Below, piece by piece: positions 21,326 through 29,256 of a stretch of DNA of 64,000 nucleotides. The notes below the pieces were generated by a model. It saw nothing but the letters and a program-made list of their open reading frames with translations. It did not search any database and had not been told where the DNA came from. The translations under genes were made by a program, and so were the position numbers. Within the stretch, counting starts at the first letter, position 1. The number at the start of each line of letters is the position of its first letter. The DNA lies in assembly GCA_047975435.1 (NCBI GenBank), contig JBKEDN010000292.1:18513-82512 (forward strand). The letters run 5' to 3'. Origin of the DNA: Draconibacterium sp. (GTDB lineage Bacteria > Bacteroidota > Bacteroidia > Bacteroidales > Prolixibacteraceae).

Positions 21326-22489
21326 TTATTTCAAAGGCGCTGCAAATTTTAATACATCTGCTTCTGTAATTTCATTATTGCAAAGGATAATCAACCGCTC
21401 AATTACGTTTCTGAACTCACGGATATTACCCGTCCAGTTAATCTTTTGCAATTCGGCAATCGCGTTCTCCGTTATTGATTTTGCCGGCATTCCGTATTCG
21501 TTGCATATTTGCTGAATAAAATGGTTGGCCAATAAGGGAATATCCTCCAGCCGCTCGTTTAGTGCCGGAACTTTAATCAAAATTACGCTTAAACGATGAT
21601 ACAGGTCTTCGCGAAAATTGTTTTGCTCAATTTCTTCCGAAAGATTTTTATTGGTAGCTGCCACCACACGTACATCTACTTTAATGGCTTTATCGCCCCC
21701 TACCCTGCTGATTTCGTTTTCCTGTAAAGCACGCAGCACCTTTGCCTGTGCCGAAAGGCTCATATCGCCAATTTCGTCGAGAAACAAAGTGCCGCCGTGG
21801 GCTTGTTCAAACTTTCCTTTGCGTTGTTTTACGGCCGATGTAAAAGCGCCTTTTTCGTGGCCAAACAATTCGCTCTCGATCAACTCCGAAGGGATGGCAG
21901 CACAGTTCACTTCCACAAACGGACCGGAAGCGCGGTTGCTTTGCTCGTGAATTCGGCGGGCAACCAGTTCTTTCCCCGAGCCGTTTGCACCGGTAATCAG
22001 CACACGCGCATCGGTTGGAGCTACGCGGTCGGCCATATCCAGAATTTCGGAAATAGCTTTTGATTCACCTACTATCTCGTATTTTTTACTGACTTTCTTT
22101 TTCAGAATTTTGGTTTCGCTTACCAGGTTCGATTTGTCCATGGCATTGCGGATGGTAATCAGCAAACGGTTCAGATCGAGCGGTTTCTCGATATAGTCGA
22201 AAGCTCCTTTTTTTATCGAATCCACCGCAGTATCAATATTTCCGTGGCCCGAAATCATCACAATCGGCGAATCGGGCGCCAATACCACAGCACGTTCCAG
22301 CACTTCAATACCATCAAGACCGGGCATTTTTATATCACACAGTACAACATCGTATTCTGCTGAGCGGATCATTTCAACTCCCTTGTTCCCGTCTTCAGCC
22401 AGGTCAACCTCATATTTTTCGTATTCCAGAATGTCTTTTAAGGTGTTCCGGATACTTCTCTCATCATCTATTACCAGGATCTTTGACAT
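21326..22489 (-). CDS. Sigma-54-dependent response regulator (receiver + AAA+), apparently without a C-terminal HTH
   Basis: Start trimmed to MSKILVIDDE (ATG 22489). The receiver has DVVLCDIKMPGLDG. The AAA+ domain has Walker A GANGSGKE, a GAFTSA loop (a GAFTGA variant) and Walker B LFLDEIGDM. The protein ends ...NVIERLIILCNNEITEADVLKFAAPLK, shortly after the AAA+ core. Confidence 0.85.
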   Translation of the reverse strand: MSKILVIDDERSIRNTLKDILEYEKYEVDLAEDGNKGVEMIRSAEYDVVLCDIKMPGLDGIEVLERAVVLAPDSPIVMISGHGNIDTAVDSIKKGAFDYIEKPLDLNRLLITIRNAMDKSNLVSETKILKKKVSKKYEIVGESKAISEILDMADRVAPTDARVLITGANGSGKELVARRIHEQSNRASGPFVEVNCAAIPSELIESELFGHEKGAFTSAVKQRKGKFEQAHGGTLFLDEIGDMSLSAQAKVLRALQENEISRVGGDKAIKVDVRVVAATNKNLSEEIEQNNFREDLYHRLSVILIKVPALNERLEDIPLLANHFIQQICNEYGMPAKSITENAIAELQKINWTGNIREFRNVIERLIILCNNEITEADVLKFAAPLK

Positions 22490-22672
22490 GTGAATTTTCT
22501 TTATTTGAGACTCTAAAAATAACAGTAGTTGGCAGTAATCAAAAATGATTCCAAACAATAATTACGATGAATATTTCTTCGGGGTGCGCGTGGTCTTTTT
22601 AATATTGTTCGCTTAAAAAAAGTGCAAACAGGTTGTTTTCTGCGTAAATCAACAAAATCAGTGGTACCCGAA

Positions 22673-23049
22673 GGATGTCATCTTTTCGGAGAGATGACAT
22701 CCCCGGGGGCTAATAAACCACGGTTACACCCCACAGAAAGGTCCCGGTTTCCAATAGGAACCAGCGGGCTTACAGACCTTCAAGGTTTCGAAAACCTTCA
22801 AGATCTGATAAAGGACCAGAATCCTGAGGATTCGGATGTTTATAGCAGCAAACATGTTCAATGGGCAATTCGACTCCGGCAGGAGTCGCACCCCCTTGCC
22901 GGTGGATTCGGATGCTATAAACATGCAATCCCTCCGGGATTATTGGATGGGTGAACTAGGGATGTCACCTTTTCGAAAGATGACATCCCTGGCGCAAACA
23001 CCAAAAGGGCTCCATTACAAAGCGAAACCAGCAGGATTACCAGACCTTT
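22673..23049. repeat. Mosaic structured repeat, copy A
   Basis: Hairpin ggatgtcatct-N8-agatgacatcc at 22673-22702, and a ggaaccagcggg module. The main module of about 130 bp, cagaatcc...gggattattgg (about 22817-22946), is shared with copies C and D. A second hairpin, agggatgtca...tgacatccct, lies at 22958-22990. Confidence 0.75.
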
Positions 23050-23056
23050 AACTCAG

Positions 23057-23287
23057 GAAACAACTGCTTTAACCGGAGAAATAAGCACTTGAACCCAGGA
23101 AATGACTGCTCAAGGTGGCGAAATAAGCGCTTCAAGTCAGGAAATGGCCACTTGATCTCAAGAAATATGCGCTTAAGGTTGCGAAATAAGCACTTGAACT
23201 TAAGAAATAAGTCCTTTAAGTGAAGAAATGACCACTTCAGGTCGAGAAATAAGTACTTCGACTCAAGAAATGAGGACTTAAGATGAA
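23057..23287. repeat. Tandem array of 11 units of exactly 21 bp
   Basis: Units start at 23057, 23078, 23099, 23120, 23141, 23162, 23183, 23204, 23225, 23246 and 23267. Each begins GAAA(T/C) and has a near-palindromic core such as AAGCGCTT, AAGTACTT or AAGCACTT. Sequence is degenerate, but there are no indels. A partial 12th unit follows. Confidence 0.9.
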
Positions 23288-23313
23288 GAAATCTGTTTTT
23301 AACTTAGTTAGCA

Positions 23314-23321
23314 TAAGTTTG
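23314..23321 (+). promoter_or_regulatory. Candidate Bacteroidota -7 promoter box (TAAGTTTG)
   Basis: Matches TAnnTTTG 54 nt upstream of ATG 23375. I saw no clear -33 TTTG. Confidence 0.3.
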
Positions 23322-23374
23322 CTTTTTTGGCTATAAAGTGCTAAATAGCAGTATCATTTCTAAATTCTCAGACC

Positions 23375-24022
23375 ATGAATAAAAATCAAATCAACAAAAA
23401 AGAGATGTACGATGCAGTATCGTCGTACCTCGACAGCAAGTCGGCCCTTTGGGCATCCATTCCTAAAGTTGGCGAGTTTAAAAATCAGTTTTCGGCAGTA
23501 ATTGCGCAAATAGAAACGGTGCAGTATGCGCAACAAGAGGCGCAGGTATTTTTGGGTAAAACAAAAACACAAATTAAAAGTGTGGTGGCACAAAAGGCCG
23601 ATATCCTGAACGACAGCCTTGAAGCTTTTGCCCTGGTTACCGGCGACGAAAAACTCAGGGTTAAAATGAGCACCTCCTACTCTGATTTGTACAAGCTGCG
23701 CAACGCCGATTTTGGCCCGGCAGTGCAGGCCATTGTTGCAGCCGCCGAAGAAAACATGGAGGTTTTAACGGCCGAATACGGTGTTACCGCCGAACAGGTG
23801 GAAGGTTTAAAGGCCGATTTAGACGAATTTTTGGCCATTAACGGCCAGCCACGCGCCTACAAAGTGGCATCGGTAGAGGCTACCAAAAGCCTGGAGCTGC
23901 TGTTCGACGAGGCCGACGAAATCCTGAATAACAAACTGGACAAAATAATGAGCTTGTTTAAGCGTCGCGACCCGGGGTTTTACAACGGATACCTCGCTGC
24001 ACGCGTTATTGTGGACAGTTAA
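23375..24022 (+). CDS. Hypothetical, predicted all-helical protein
   Basis: Clean 215-aa ORF followed by a strong terminator. I recognised no motif. Confidence 0.6.
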   Translation: MNKNQINKKEMYDAVSSYLDSKSALWASIPKVGEFKNQFSAVIAQIETVQYAQQEAQVFLGKTKTQIKSVVAQKADILNDSLEAFALVTGDEKLRVKMSTSYSDLYKLRNADFGPAVQAIVAAAEENMEVLTAEYGVTAEQVEGLKADLDEFLAINGQPRAYKVASVEATKSLELLFDEADEILNNKLDKIMSLFKRRDPGFYNGYLAARVIVDS

Positions 24023-24052
24023 TGGTTATATTTTTAAAAGTTGATAATTGAA

Positions 24053-24078
24053 GGGCCCGGTTTTCCGGGCCTTTTGTT
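24053..24078 (+). terminator. Rho-independent terminator
   Basis: ggcccgg-tttt-ccgggcc followed by ttttgtt. Confidence 0.7.
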
Positions 24079-24193
24079 GAGAAAGTATTAAATAGTAGTG
24101 TCAAAATAGCATGGAATGCCGATCTGCGTCAGCGGAAAGCATTTTGAGATACAAGAAACTTTTATATTTAACTAATTAGAAGCATTCCAAAAG

Positions 24194-24952
24194 ATGAATT
24201 CTCAAAAATTTGAAAGTTGGTTAATTACCCATAAAAATTATAGCATAAAAACAATTCAAAACAGAATTTCCAATTGCAGGAATGTCGAAAGACATGAAGG
24301 TGATTTAGACAATCATTTTGCAAACGATGAAGGAAGATCACTTCTGGAAAGATTGTCTTATTCAACCGAAAACCAATTGAATAGTGACATCCCAAATCAC
24401 AAAGTGCCAATACATGGAGATCTGAGAGAAGGTTCAGCTACATTAAAATATGCCGTCAAACTCTATATGAGTTATAAAAATTCAGCTCAACCAGACCGAA
24501 AAAAATTAATTGAAAAAACAGAAAAATTAATTTTAACAAAAAAATTAACTGAATCTGAAAAAACCGTTCTTACAAAATACAGAATTGGACAATCTTTTTT
24601 CAGAAACCAGTTAATCGACTTATGGAATGGTTGCTGTTCTATTTCTGGATTTCGCAAAACTGAATTATTAATTGCTTCTCATATAAAACCCTACAACAAG
24701 TGTAAGGAAAATGAAAAATATGATATTTATAATGGACTATTATTAACTCCTAATTATGACAGATTGTTTGATAGGTTTCTAATAAGTTTTGATAAAAATG
24801 GAAAAATATTAATTTCAAGTACACTTTTAAAAACTGATTTAAAAAAACTAAATATTAAGAAAAATGCTACTATCAAACTTAATGAGAAACATGAACCATA
24901 CATGAAATATCACAGAAAAATATTCTTTAAAAAACTTAAAAAGCTAGCTTAA
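24194..24952 (+). CDS. HNH nuclease (HNH_2-like C-terminal domain)
   Basis: The C-terminal block RIGQSFFRNQLIDLWNGCCSISGFRKTELLIASHIKPYNKC...NGLLLTPNYDRLFDRFLISF resembles the restriction-associated HNH_2 pattern. The gene is visibly AT-rich. Confidence 0.7.
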   Translation: MNSQKFESWLITHKNYSIKTIQNRISNCRNVERHEGDLDNHFANDEGRSLLERLSYSTENQLNSDIPNHKVPIHGDLREGSATLKYAVKLYMSYKNSAQPDRKKLIEKTEKLILTKKLTESEKTVLTKYRIGQSFFRNQLIDLWNGCCSISGFRKTELLIASHIKPYNKCKENEKYDIYNGLLLTPNYDRLFDRFLISFDKNGKILISSTLLKTDLKKLNIKKNATIKLNEKHEPYMKYHRKIFFKKLKKLA

Positions 24953-25222
24953 TATATGTATAAAATTATTCTGCCTCAATTAAATCCCGTATACAAAGAT
25001 GAGATAAATCCGTTGGATTGATTTTGGAAGTTGTGTCTCAGGCTGTAAGACTGAAAGTGGCAAAAACAGAGTTTTGTTTGTAACAAAAAATTTGATTACA
25101 AACCGAAATCAGTGAGTGACCATTTTATGCTGCCACTGGATTAAAGTGATGTCGGATGGTGAAATTGGTTTTATTTTTTAATTCGTTATTTTAGGAGATT
25201 AGATTTTTAAACCGTTTAATTT

Positions 25223-26140
25223 ATGAGTACAAACACAGAACTACTAACTTCAAATGACTTGGTTAATTATTTTAGAGTAATGCACCATGCGGATTATATC
25301 CTGAAGTATCGGGACGATTATAAGTTATTTGCCAATAATATATTACAAGTTGTTACAACAGAAAAGTATCTTAAAGCAATTCCTGATAAAATTTTCATAG
25401 ATGCAATTTCTTTCCATTTTAATGCAATAAGGCTTGTATTTGGAAGATCCTCTAAAAGGTTTCAACAACTTCTTCCAGAAATACCATCCAGTATACAGAT
25501 TAAGTTTCTGTCAGATGCCATTAGTATGGGAGATATTTCTTATAGTTTTGATGAAGATCCAGAAAGTCTTGAGGATATTTATGACGAAGAATTTTTTGAT
25601 TGGCTAGTTCAACTGAAAGAAAGTGTGGCAAAAATTGAGGATTATTTTAATTCTAAGGAATATTTAAATCATAAGCTATCCATGCAAGAATTTATAAATT
25701 GGAAAAATAATGATGGAAAAATTTTTGTTTTTATATGGTTTGAAACAATAAAAGAGCTTAGTAAAATTAAATTAAACGAAAAGGATATCACCAAAGAAGC
25801 AATTCAAGATGCATGGGATCTTTACAACAAGTACTCTCCGAATACAAAGAAGTTCTCAATTCCCATACATAAAAAAACAAAGATTCCTCTTTATATGTTC
25901 TTGGTAGCATTGGAATATATAGCTGCTTTGCATGATAATAAGTTGCTTAAACAACTACCGTATACAGAGGTTCCCAACCAACATAATTTATTAAAACAAT
26001 CAATCCCCCAAAAAGCATCTACTCCTAAAAAGAAGAAGGCTAAACCCCAAAAAAGTCCATATACGTACATGTCGAAAATACCTGGGAAATATCTACCAAT
26101 AACAACTTCAAGTTCCATATGGACGGTAAGAAATAGGTGA
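25223..26140 (+). CDS. Hypothetical protein with Lys-rich C-terminus
   Basis: 305-aa AT-rich ORF with the tail PQKASTPKKKKAKPQKSPYTY. I recognised no family. Confidence 0.5.
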   Translation: MSTNTELLTSNDLVNYFRVMHHADYILKYRDDYKLFANNILQVVTTEKYLKAIPDKIFIDAISFHFNAIRLVFGRSSKRFQQLLPEIPSSIQIKFLSDAISMGDISYSFDEDPESLEDIYDEEFFDWLVQLKESVAKIEDYFNSKEYLNHKLSMQEFINWKNNDGKIFVFIWFETIKELSKIKLNEKDITKEAIQDAWDLYNKYSPNTKKFSIPIHKKTKIPLYMFLVALEYIAALHDNKLLKQLPYTEVPNQHNLLKQSIPQKASTPKKKKAKPQKSPYTYMSKIPGKYLPITTSSSIWTVRNR

Positions 26141-26145
26141 TTCCC

Positions 26146-26262
26146 CCGCTGGCGCGATTTTGTAAATCGTGCCTCAGCCGGCAAGGCTAAAAAAATAAGC
26201 CAGCGGTTTTTTGTTTGTATAAAAAGGTCCCGATTACAAATCGGAACCAGCGAGGGCAAGCT
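26146..26262. repeat. Mosaic structured repeat, copy B (terminator-like)
   Basis: The module ctggcgcgattttgtaaatcgtgcctcagcc is shared with copies C and D. The outer stem ccgctggc ... gccagcgg is followed by tttttt. A hairpin ccgatt-aca-aatcgg and a ggaaccagcgagg module follow. Confidence 0.65.
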
Positions 26263-26293
26263 AGTTCGGCAATAATTATAAAAAACCAAAAAC

Positions 26294-27154
26294 ATGAAAC
26301 AAACACTATTTTTATTACTTATGACAATTATCCTTTTGTCATGTAAAAAAGAGGAAGAAATTCCAATGGAGATAAAAGCTTGTTTTTCGTTTAATTACAA
26401 TGGAGTAATAAATGACGGAGAAATTCAATTTTTAAATTGTTCAGAAAATGCTACTAATTTTCTTTGGGATTTTGGAGATGGACAAACCTCCACCGAAAAA
26501 GAACCTTTGCATCTTTTTGAAAGTATAAATGGCGTGTTTCCTTATTTTGTTACTTTAATTGCTTACAATGGAAATGAGACGGACACTATAAAAAGATCAA
26601 TTTTTGATGATATTCATACAGAAAAACCAAACATATACATCTATCCAGATTCTCAACTAAATCTTTGTTTAAAAATTAATTTTCCTATCGGTGGAAATAT
26701 TGTGAAATCAATTCCGGAATATGGAGATGGATGGTGTTTTAACGTTGATAAAAATGGAATTATTGACAATCAATATACCTATCTATTTTATGAAAGCATA
26801 CAACCAGATATTTACCAATATGAAAAAGGATGGTGTATAAAAAAGGATTCTTTATCTTCTTTTTTTAAACAAAATATGAAAATGTATAATTTTTCAAATG
26901 CTGAAATTCAAGACTTTATTGATTATTGGATTCCATTATTGAATAAAGCGGATTATTATAAAATTTATCCTCAAACAAATAAAATTATCGACAACATAAT
27001 TCAATTAGATTTTTCAGAAAAACCAGATAATGTATATCGTTTATTTTATGGGATTGTTGAAACAGACAAATATTATGAATTAGAAAAACCAACAATTCTC
27101 GCATTTAATCGAAACGGATTTTATGTTGTTGAATGGGGAGTATTTAGAAAATAA
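26294..27154 (+). CDS. Lipoprotein with PKD-like domain
   Basis: Lipobox MKQTLFLLLMTIILLSC. The PKD-like signature is FLWDFGDGQTSTEKEP. The gene is AT-rich. Confidence 0.65.
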   Translation: MKQTLFLLLMTIILLSCKKEEEIPMEIKACFSFNYNGVINDGEIQFLNCSENATNFLWDFGDGQTSTEKEPLHLFESINGVFPYFVTLIAYNGNETDTIKRSIFDDIHTEKPNIYIYPDSQLNLCLKINFPIGGNIVKSIPEYGDGWCFNVDKNGIIDNQYTYLFYESIQPDIYQYEKGWCIKKDSLSSFFKQNMKMYNFSNAEIQDFIDYWIPLLNKADYYKIYPQTNKIIDNIIQLDFSEKPDNVYRLFYGIVETDKYYELEKPTILAFNRNGFYVVEWGVFRK

Positions 27155-27202
27155 CTATTGCTTAGGAAGTACATATTGCAGGGCGGGGTTCGGTGGTAGG
27201 CT

Positions 27203-27412
27203 GCTGGCGCGATTTTGCAAATCGTACCTCAGCCTGCGAGGCTGAAAAAATAACTGCAATCTTTAGAAATGGTTTTGAGAACAGAATCCAGCGGATTCGG
27301 ATGTTTATAGCAGCAAACGTATTTAATGGGCAATTCGACTCCAACAGGAGTCGTACCGTTGTTGGTGGAATTAGATGCTATAAACATGCAATCCCTCCGG
27401 GATTATTGGGAT
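27203..27412. repeat. Mosaic structured repeat, copy C (full main module)
   Basis: Runs ctggcgcgattttgcaaatcgtacctcagcctgcgaggctga ... cagaatccagcggattcggatgtttatagcagc ... cgactccaacaggagtcg ... tgctataaacatgcaatccctccgggattattggg. It aligns closely with copies A and D. Confidence 0.8.
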
Positions 27413-27555
27413 AATGACTGAAAAAGCGAAGATGTATGGATTGTCTTTGGATACCCGAAGATATCCCCCCGTTGGTGCGCGATTCCATCGCGTTCCGTTC
27501 ACAAATAAAATAGTGCACAACTCACAAATAGTAATAAAAACTTAAACCCGAACCC

Positions 27556-28806
27556 ATGAGCCGAATACGAAAAAAGAAAAAACCTAACAGCAAACAACTG
27601 GAGGCTGAAAAACGAAATCATTTTCTCAGGCATATAAAACATATTTTTATTGAAAGTGGTTGCGGGCAGGTTTATCGCGTGCTAACACCAAGGGTTATGC
27701 AAGCATTATATACGATTAAAGACAGCTCGTTAAAAATACGCCCGGGATATTGCCCGTGTTTAAGCAACAGCGAAATCAGGCACCTTAAACAGCTGATTGA
27801 TAAGGAAGCGCAGCACACCCAAGTAACCATTAAAAACAGTGGTTATACCATGTCGATGAAAGTGTTTTACACTTACGGGCTGAGTTTGTATAGTTTGCAG
27901 GGATGGTTTGCCGAGCAGGAAGGACCGGAAATGCAAGAGGCTTATTCCATAATGAAAGAGCGGTTGGATATTATACAGGCTGAAACGGATTTCAGATCGC
28001 GTTTGTTGGCATTTTGCAGTACTTTTTCAATGATCGCATCGGAGCTGAATAAGTTTCAGGTACATGTAAAACCGAAAATTATCACCGAAACCTCGGGACG
28101 TGTAAAAGGGCTGGAATTCGAAATTAATGCATATCCCTGTGAGCAAAAGAAATTTCGAATAGATGGACATACCCGGCCTGCTTTCCGGGTTGGTTCTTAT
28201 GCCTATTATAAGGTTTATCCTGAATGGATACTGGTAAAACGGTCATCATTTGAAAAACCAACACCTTTCAACAATATCGAAATTCCGGTTTACATTCAAA
28301 TGCATGCACTGAATAGGCTAAGTGAACGAATAGATACACTCAGCCGCGATTGTGTGGAACTGTATGTATATCTTTCTTTTCAAAACCCGGTTATTACATT
28401 CTTCCGCGGAAAAATACTTGTTGATTATGTGTACGCACAAACAAAATTGGGTTATTTGCTGGTAGAAATAGTAGATAATGTTTTGTTGATAAAAACATTT
28501 CTACTTCTTACCAACCAGGCCACTCCCGAGGGGGAAAAACTTAAAGCCTTAACCGGGTTATCGAAAATTGATATGCAATACTGGAATATCGACCGTTTAA
28601 GTACCTTTCAAAAAACCGATATTGAAGAAAATGAGGAACTAAAATTGATTTTTAGTACGGCAGGATGTGGCAAGTTGTTTAGCAAGGCCGTTAATTTTCT
28701 TGAAGACGAAGACAAGGAACACAAGCATATTGCCGAAAATATTCTGAAATATTGCCTCAAGGAAGAAGATGAGCCGGGTTCTCCATCCAATGGCGCAATT
28801 TTGTAA
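27556..28806 (+). CDS. Hypothetical protein
   Basis: 416-aa ORF with a basic N-terminus, MSRIRKKKKPNSK. I recognised no motif. The last few codons and the stop lie inside repeat copy D. Confidence 0.5.
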   Translation: MSRIRKKKKPNSKQLEAEKRNHFLRHIKHIFIESGCGQVYRVLTPRVMQALYTIKDSSLKIRPGYCPCLSNSEIRHLKQLIDKEAQHTQVTIKNSGYTMSMKVFYTYGLSLYSLQGWFAEQEGPEMQEAYSIMKERLDIIQAETDFRSRLLAFCSTFSMIASELNKFQVHVKPKIITETSGRVKGLEFEINAYPCEQKKFRIDGHTRPAFRVGSYAYYKVYPEWILVKRSSFEKPTPFNNIEIPVYIQMHALNRLSERIDTLSRDCVELYVYLSFQNPVITFFRGKILVDYVYAQTKLGYLLVEIVDNVLLIKTFLLLTNQATPEGEKLKALTGLSKIDMQYWNIDRLSTFQKTDIEENEELKLIFSTAGCGKLFSKAVNFLEDEDKEHKHIAENILKYCLKEEDEPGSPSNGAIL

Positions 28807-29095
28807 ATCGTACTTCAGCTGGCGCGATTTTGCAAATCGTGCCTTAGCCTACGAGACTGAAAAAATAACTGCAATCTTTAGAAATGGTTTTGAGAACAGA
28901 ATCCGGCGGATTCGAATGTTAATAGCAGCAAACGTAGTTAATGGGCATTCCGACGACAGGAGTCGCACTCCCTTGCCGGTAGATTCGGATGCTATAAACA
29001 TGCAATCCCTTCGGGATTATTGGGATTGGTAAACGAGGGATGTTATCTTTTGAAAAGATGATTACAAACAGGAACCAGCGGGAGCAACCAAGTGG
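28791..29095. repeat. Mosaic structured repeat, copy D
   Basis: The tggcgc(a/g)attttg(t/c)aaatcgt module is duplicated. The full main module runs to gggattattggg. It is followed by the hairpin gggatgttatctttt-gaaaagatgat and a ggaaccagcggg module. Confidence 0.8.
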
Positions 29096-29195
29096 TAGCC
29101 TCACTCGGAGTGAGATCACTAAGTTGCGGTGCTGATCCCGAAAATCATTCGGTGCTAATCGGCATAATTGGCGAGCTATTTCTTTTCAGCAAAAT

Positions 29196-29227
29196 CAAAA
29201 AAAATCCCGATGAAAAACTCACCGGGA
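29196..29227 (-). terminator. Rho-independent terminator closing the psr-yeeE-rhodanese operon
   Basis: On the minus strand, tcccggtga-gtttt-tcatcggga (one mismatch) is followed by tttttttt. Confidence 0.55.
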
Positions 29228-29256
29228 CTTTCAGAAATATATACTTGTATGGTTTT

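Noticed and set aside
22622-23051. Short ORFs that look like a conserved protein family: 22622-22954, 22724-22924, 22836-23051, 27162-27344, 27193-27414, 28769-29032 and 28919-29119. They share peptides such as IRMFIAANVFNGQFDS and YKHAIPPGLL.
   Set aside because: The similarity comes from the DNA repeat modules. Both strands are open, start positions are not conserved, and the DNA folds into conserved hairpins. They are better explained as non-coding structured repeats.
23057-23287. CRISPR array.
   Set aside because: The units are contiguous 21-mers with no spacers, they are degenerate rather than near-identical, and there are no cas genes in the window.
23328-23342. Sigma-54 promoter-like TGGCTATAAAGTGCT upstream of ORF 23375.
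   Set aside because: The GG to GC spacing is 9 nt instead of the required 10, and the flanking consensus (TGGCAC / TTGCW) is poor.
22673-29095. Integron-like cassette array, with same-strand ORFs each followed by a structured site (attC).
   Set aside because: No integron integrase lies in the window. I could not find RYYYAAC / GTTRRRY core sites at the repeat ends. The elements are multi-hairpin mosaics of 200 bp or more, not single bulged attC hairpins. I keep this only as an untested analogy.
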